Of a DNA stretch of 64,000 bases, positions 59,154 through 64,000 are shown piece after piece; the stretch's first letter is position 1; each line of letters opens with the position of its first letter. Where the stretch lies: contig JAJDUU010000014.1 of assembly GCA_022826485.1 (NCBI GenBank), forward strand, positions 131,254 through 195,253. Reading direction: 5' to 3'. The notes beneath the pieces are model-generated. The model was not told where the DNA came from, ran no database searches, and saw only the letters and a list, made by a program, of their open reading frames with translations. The DNA is from Chloroflexota bacterium (GTDB lineage Bacteria; Chloroflexota; UBA11872). The translations under genes were made by a program, and so were the position numbers.

Positions 59154-62105
59154 CTAGGACGGCAACTCTGGCTCTTTCGCCCCGTGGATGGACGGGTCGC
59201 TGGCGAGGAGGGTGCGGAGGCGGGAGATGGTGGTTAGGGCCTGATCGTCGAGGGCGAGCATGTCGGTGGTGATGCGTTGGTCGAGATCGATGCGGTCGGG
59301 GTCGACGGCGCAGCGGTGGAAGGATTCGAAGGTGCGACCCTGGAAGTCGCGCCAGATGGACTGGGCTTCGTCGAGCTGCCAAGGCTGAAGTTCGCGCACG
59401 TCGAGTGTTGGCAGCGTTTCGAGCATTCCCTTGTTGCCGCGACCTCTTCCGTACTGCGATCTGCTGGCGTGATTGGCGTGGAGCATTAGTCCTGCCGTGG
59501 AGTTGCACCAAAGGGCGAGTGCGACCTCTTGCCGGGAGTGGTTCGCGGGAATGCCCTCTTGGATTTTCATGGAAAACCATTGACTCACGCCGAGCGCCCG
59601 AGCAATGGTTCGGGTCGCCATGATTCGTTGTGAGTTGTACCTGACGTCGCGGGTCATCTGAAGCATGCCGGCCTGGGACCATATCGGCGGATGGTCGCGG
59701 CGATTTGAGGGATAGAGGCGCGCATTTGGCTCAGAGACAAACCCCTGGTGTACTTTCTGCGACTGCGCCCAAAGCGCCGGGAATTGCGCTTGTGCATCCC
59801 ACCCGTGATAGGCGTCGAACGCCCCGAGAGAGCCGCGAATCTGGCGGTCCTGCGGACCTACGTTGCAGACGCTTCCCAGTGGCTCGATAGGAAGCTGGGC
59901 GATGACTCGCGAGCCGTCGGCCGCCCAAAGCTCGCCGCGTTCCAGCGCGGCGGCGAACTGGCCGGTCTGGCCCTGCCGCCAGCGGGAGGCGGCCCACGAT
60001 CTCGCGTCCACCGGCCCGTCCAACAGCTCTCCCCATTGCTCGCCACCGACGATCAAGGGAATACCGCCGATAGGCGGACCGTCGGAGCGGTGCAAGGGCG
60101 CCTCTGCCGCTACATTGATAGCGTTGACCAGCGCCAGTGCGTCGGTGTCGCGATAGGGCGCGCGCCAGAGGTTGACGAACCGGCCCCGGCCCGATGGCGT
60201 CTCGTCTTCGCGCAGTCGACGGGCGACTACTAGGGCCTCGGCAATGTCGGTGTCGTAGGACATCGAGCGCAGCTTGGGATCGTGAGACGAGACTACGAAC
60301 TCAAGCAAGTAGCGGTCGGCGAGCATCTGGCGTACGTCCCGCCATGACTCCCCGGCCAATGCGGTCACCGGCAGCACCAGCGCGACTCGGCCGCCGGGTT
60401 TCACGAGCCGGTCGGCTAGAACGGTGAACGACGCGCCATGCCCTGCCGTCTGGTTGGCCGGCGTGCCCCTAATGAGGTCGGAGGTGCGCCGGGCCACGGC
60501 TTGCTGCGCCTCCGCGTCGCCTGCGGGCAGGTCCAGCACCCGCGCCAGCGCCGCGCCCTTGCCGCCGTCGCTGCCCCGCCGGGTGAAGGGCGGATTGCTG
60601 ATGACCAAGTCAGCGCGCGGCGGTCGAACCTCGTCGCCTGCGCCACCCTTTGCGCCGATTTGTTCGCGCGTGGCTGAGAATGATGATTGGGCTACAGGTG
60701 CTTGCAACCAGTCCAGCGAGCCAAGGTGAATCACGTCTTGGCTCACTGATGGCGCCTCGGGCTCCACGCCGGCCGCTTCGAAGCCTTGCTCGGTGGCATC
60801 GAACACGGATGCTCCCCGCTCCATGCCCATGCGCAGGCTGTGCAGTTGCATTTGGGTGAAGCCCACAGAGGGCGACATGGCGGCAAGCGTGGCGGCGGTG
60901 AGGTGGATGGCGGCCTGCACCACGTCGGCGCCGAATAGGGTGTGCTCGACGAGTGCTTGATGCAGTGCCTCGTCGGTCTCCTGGTTTCCGGCTTCCGCCG
61001 GAATGACGGAAGCCGGCGCGGTCGCGCGGTTTTGGACGATCTGTTGATAGGCCGCCATGAGCAGGGTGCCGGTGCCGCAGGCGGGGTCGACCACGCGCAG
61101 TTGGCTCAGGTTCTCGGCGTCGCTCCAGTCCACGCTCGGCCAGCGTTCCGGCGCTAACGCCAGCCCCGCCAACAAGGTGGCGGCCGGAATGCTGGTGTAG
61201 TAAGCGGCCAGCAGTTTGCGGTCGGCGATCAACCGGTTGAAGATGCGTCCGGCCAGGTCATGGCGACCCACCGCGCCCATGCCCAGCAGTTGCGCGGCGG
61301 TTTCCGCGCACTCTTCCAGCACAGCGGCAGCCTCGACGTCCGAAAGCTCGGACACAACATCGCGGGCCATGCTGAAGATGGGGTAGTAGTCAATGTCGAG
61401 GATGGCGTCCCACATGGTGAGCAGCCGCAAGCGCGAGAAGACGCCATTGCGGCGAGAGGCGCTGGTCGGCTGAATGGCTGCGTCAACACTGGACAGCCGC
61501 TCCTGGAACACCATGGCGTTGGTGACGACCAGCGCGGCCATGTGGGCCACCTCATCGCTCGGCGGTGCGTTGAAGATGCCGGCCACGCGTGCCAGCGTGC
61601 CGGGTGAGCTATAGAGGCGCGAGCCGGCGCTGCGGACGCCATCGTCGAGGACTTTGACCGCTTCTTCGAGGTTGCTGGCCGGTGGGGCGGCTCGCGCCGC
61701 CGCGTTGCCGAGCTCGACGAAGCTGCCACTGACCCTTGGGCCCGCGGTGCCGTCGATCCGCCACTCGCGCCACGTGAGGCTAGCGCCGGCCAGACGTTCA
61801 TAGAGGTGTTGTTGGCTGATTGCACGCAAGTGCACGGGAACGGCGACGGCGGCGGCGATTTGCACGGGCTGGCCATCGATCTCCAGGCCCAACCGCGCCA
61901 GCGCGTCGGCGTCCACGGTGGCCGCCGGTTCGAACTCTATTTCAAGCACGACCGGGCCTTCGGGCCGCCGCAGAACGATGTCCGGTCTGGCAGGTCCGCG
62001 TATGGTCTCGGCGGCCGTTGACAGCCCCAGGCGATCCCTCAGCAGTTGCGCCAGCACGACGTTAATGACTTCTTCTCGGCTGCGTGTGCTGGCGGCGGCA
62101 GTCAT
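59154..62105 (-). CDS. Large single-polypeptide gamma-class N6-adenine DNA methyltransferase with an MmeI-like type IIG/IIL restriction-modification architecture (N-terminal nuclease-like region, MTase, C-terminal putative target-recognition domain). A BREX PglX-like role is not excluded.
   Basis: It has motif I VVDPACGTGTLLMAAY and motif IV LVISNPPF about 145 aa downstream, which gives the gamma order. It also has a post-IV RVALVLP strand and a C-terminal region of about 480 aa with no recognisable enzymatic motif. The N-terminal RPDIVLRRPEGPVVLEIEFE resembles a PD-x(n)-(D/E)xK core with Glu in place of Lys. The ATG at 62105 is favoured over 62183. GC is about 60%. Confidence 0.7.
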   Translation of the reverse strand: MTAAASTRSREEVINVVLAQLLRDRLGLSTAAETIRGPARPDIVLRRPEGPVVLEIEFEPAATVDADALARLGLEIDGQPVQIAAAVAVPVHLRAISQQHLYERLAGASLTWREWRIDGTAGPRVSGSFVELGNAAARAAPPASNLEEAVKVLDDGVRSAGSRLYSSPGTLARVAGIFNAPPSDEVAHMAALVVTNAMVFQERLSSVDAAIQPTSASRRNGVFSRLRLLTMWDAILDIDYYPIFSMARDVVSELSDVEAAAVLEECAETAAQLLGMGAVGRHDLAGRIFNRLIADRKLLAAYYTSIPAATLLAGLALAPERWPSVDWSDAENLSQLRVVDPACGTGTLLMAAYQQIVQNRATAPASVIPAEAGNQETDEALHQALVEHTLFGADVVQAAIHLTAATLAAMSPSVGFTQMQLHSLRMGMERGASVFDATEQGFEAAGVEPEAPSVSQDVIHLGSLDWLQAPVAQSSFSATREQIGAKGGAGDEVRPPRADLVISNPPFTRRGSDGGKGAALARVLDLPAGDAEAQQAVARRTSDLIRGTPANQTAGHGASFTVLADRLVKPGGRVALVLPVTALAGESWRDVRQMLADRYLLEFVVSSHDPKLRSMSYDTDIAEALVVARRLREDETPSGRGRFVNLWRAPYRDTDALALVNAINVAAEAPLHRSDGPPIGGIPLIVGGEQWGELLDGPVDARSWAASRWRQGQTGQFAAALERGELWAADGSRVIAQLPIEPLGSVCNVGPQDRQIRGSLGAFDAYHGWDAQAQFPALWAQSQKVHQGFVSEPNARLYPSNRRDHPPIWSQAGMLQMTRDVRYNSQRIMATRTIARALGVSQWFSMKIQEGIPANHSRQEVALALWCNSTAGLMLHANHASRSQYGRGRGNKGMLETLPTLDVRELQPWQLDEAQSIWRDFQGRTFESFHRCAVDPDRIDLDQRITTDMLALDDQALTTISRLRTLLASDPSIHGAKEPELPS

Positions 62106-62284
62106 GCTCGAATCGTTCTCGACCGCTGTAGTTTCGTTGAGAGTAGTACGCCTGTGCGTGGCTGGGGATAGTCGGGCGGGCAACCACCAGGGTTGCCCCC
62201 ACTCGGACTTGCATGCGAACTGCTTCTAGCCAACGGTGTAGATTCAGCTATGGGAAGCCACGTCATGCGCAAGACGACAGTCCG

Positions 62285-63436
62285 ATGAAATTCTGGTCGG
62301 CGGCGTCGCTGGAGCATGCGCCTGAGGCCATTGCGGCGGACCTGCGGGATCAGGTTCAGGGCGGGGACGACGCGTTGGATCTGGCCGTCGCGTTCGTGCG
62401 GCCGCCGGACAACACCGAAATTACGCCGATCATCGAGGCGGTTCGCCAGGCGCTGCCGGCGCGTCACTTTCTGGCCTGTACGGCCGAGAGCGTGGTGGCG
62501 GCCGGACGCGAGATCGAGGACGAGGCGGCCACGGGGCTGCTGGCGGGCTCGATGCCGGGCGTGCAGATCGACCCGCTGCCGGACCTCGCGGCGCTGCTCG
62601 AGGACGGCGAGGCGGCCGCGGCGCACCTGCGGAGCGCCGCCGCCGTGGTGGCGCTGGTGGACCCCTTCTCGGTGCACACGGAACATTTGGTCGAGCGCAT
62701 GAACGAGCGTGCGCCGGGCGTGCCGCTCATCGGCGGCATCGCCAGTTGGGCGCGCTCGGCGGGCGGCAACCGGCTGGCGAACGGCGACGCCATCACCGAC
62801 CGGGGCGTGGTTGCCGTTGCGCTGCGCGGCGCGGTGGACGTGAGCATCGTGGTTTCGCAGGGGTGCCGGCCCGTCGGCTCGCCGCGCACCGTGACCGGCG
62901 CCAAGGGCAACATCATCACCGAGCTCGACGGGCAGTCGCCGATCGACACGCTGCGGCAGGTGTTCGCCGAGGCCGCCGAAAAGGACCAGGAGCTGATGCG
63001 CGTGGGCGTGATGCTGGGCCACGCGATCTCGACCGACGCCGACGATTGGGGCCGCGGCGGCTTTCTCATTCGCGGCCTGATGGGCGCCGACGCCGGCTCG
63101 GGCGCCCTGGCCGTGACCGGCATCGTGAGCGAGCAGGACACGGTGCAGTTTCACGTGCGCGACGCCGCGACGGCTCAGGAGGACCTGGAGCTGCTGCTCA
63201 CGCCGCAGGCGTTCGAGCCTGAGGCCGCCGGGGCGCTGCTGTTCACCTGCAACGGACGCGGCGCGCGCATGTACGGCCGGCCCGACGGGGATATCTCGTT
63301 GGTGCGCCAGGCGCTCGGCAGCGACGTGCCGGTCAGCGGCTTTTTCTGCGGCGGGGAGCTGGGGCCGATCGGCGGATCGAACTTCGTGCACGGATTCACG
63401 GCGAGCTTGGCGATCTTTCGACCAAAGGCGGGCTGA
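62285..63436 (+). CDS. FIST-domain sensor protein (FIST_N + FIST_C)
   Basis: It is a 383-aa protein with two FIST halves, and its GC matches the genome. Confidence 0.65.
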   Translation: MKFWSAASLEHAPEAIAADLRDQVQGGDDALDLAVAFVRPPDNTEITPIIEAVRQALPARHFLACTAESVVAAGREIEDEAATGLLAGSMPGVQIDPLPDLAALLEDGEAAAAHLRSAAAVVALVDPFSVHTEHLVERMNERAPGVPLIGGIASWARSAGGNRLANGDAITDRGVVAVALRGAVDVSIVVSQGCRPVGSPRTVTGAKGNIITELDGQSPIDTLRQVFAEAAEKDQELMRVGVMLGHAISTDADDWGRGGFLIRGLMGADAGSGALAVTGIVSEQDTVQFHVRDAATAQEDLELLLTPQAFEPEAAGALLFTCNGRGARMYGRPDGDISLVRQALGSDVPVSGFFCGGELGPIGGSNFVHGFTASLAIFRPKAG

Positions 63437-63448
63437 GCCGGGCGGCGA

Positions 63449-63900
63449 CCCCTCACCCCGTCCCTCTCCCGCCGGAGACCCTTGCGTAACCCCTCCGTCA
63501 TTCCCGCGGAGGCGGGAATCTACCGGACGCTGAACCTCTTAGCCCACGCGTAGGGGCGACGCATGCGTCGCCCTTGCCTCTTTGTTCAAAGGCCTCCGCC
63601 GGGAGAGGGGGCCGGCCCGTGGTCGAGAATGGGATGCGCTTGGAAGGCTCAGCCGCGTCGGGTCCCACGCTGCACGCAGCGCGGGCCACCGGGCAGGAGC
63701 CGTCTCCGTTCGCCCTGAGCGCAGTCGAAGGGCGCCGTCCATGGTTCGACAGGCTCACCACGAACGGCGACGGATCCCACGCTGCGCGCAGCGTGGGCCA
63801 CCGGACCCCACGGTGCTTGCCGCGGACCCCCTCACCCCACCCTCTCCCGCCGGGAGAGGGGCCGGACCGTGGTCGAGACCGAGGGCGCCCACGACCGGCG
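63449..63900. repeat. Cluster of GC-rich palindromic REP/MITE-like elements forming the right boundary of the island, the same family as at 56832-57140 and 2167-2196
   Basis: These units are present: cccctcaccccgtccctctcccgccggagac (63449-63478), cgtcattcccgcggaggcgggaatc (63496-63520), gtaggggcgacgcatgcgtcgccc (63551-63574), tcccacgctgcacgcagcgcggg (63664-63686), tcccacgctgcgcgcagcgtggg (63776-63798) and ccccctcaccccaccctctcccgccgggagagggg (63829-63860). Each of the two ...gagagggg units is followed by gccgg(c/a)ccgtggtcgaga. Confidence 0.6.
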
Positions 63901-63922
63901 CCCTACGCGGACTTCAGGCTCT

Positions 63923-64000
63923 GGCGGCGCCTACTCGGCGAGGTCCGTTCGGTAGAGATAGCGGATATCCCACAGCCCATACAGCGTGGGCGTGGTGTTG
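63923..64000 (-). CDS. C-terminal fragment of an unidentified minus-strand gene. It continues past the window end.
   Basis: The reverse-strand frame ...NTTPTLYGLWDIRYLYRTDLAE stops at 63923-63925. A GC hairpin (gggcgcc-cacgacc-ggcgccc, 63882-63903) lies just downstream. Confidence 0.3.

Overview
This is a high-GC window (roughly 68-70%) from a bacterial chromosome; the lineage cannot be fixed from sequence alone, though it looks like a high-GC Chloroflexota- or Actinobacteria-like organism. It is densely packed with housekeeping operons, mostly on the minus strand. These are: a cell-wall block (murF, an APH-family kinase, mraY, a GT4 glycosyltransferase); the tsaE-tsaB-rimI-tsaD t6A cluster; glgA; a collinear purine block guaA-purD-B-C-S-Q-L-F-M-N-H; thrB; the rod-shape cluster mreB-mreC-mreD-mrdA-rodA; lon; assorted metabolic genes (nudix, cyclase, GNAT, HD hydrolase, a LutB/LutA fusion, pyk, an amidohydrolase-Rieske-phosphoesterase-methyltransferase cluster); and a complete livKHMGF branched-chain amino-acid ABC transporter followed by an mmsB-like dehydrogenase. 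Many adjacent genes are translationally coupled by 4-nt GTGA/ATGA overlaps. The most unusual part is a compositionally foreign island at about 57.3-62.2 kb, with GC falling from about 60% to about 45%. It carries a small 3-TM membrane protein, a DUF4238 gene that appears to need a +1 frameshift to recover its conserved N-terminus, and a roughly 985-aa single-polypeptide gamma-class N6-adenine DNA methyltransferase with an MmeI-like layout (N-terminal PD...E-x-E nuclease-like motif, DPACGTG, NPPF, long C-terminal putative specificity region). The island is bracketed on both sides by clusters of GC-rich palindromic REP/MITE-like repeats, and a copy of one repeat unit recurs at 2.17 kb. I read it as a candidate mobile restriction-modification or defense module that may be partly uncharacterised. 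Secondary points of interest are an AmgK-like kinase inside the dcw cluster, an MtrH/MetH-like pterin methyltransferase next to folP, and a low-GC orphan fused ABC permease. No rRNA, tRNA or CRISPR array was found.
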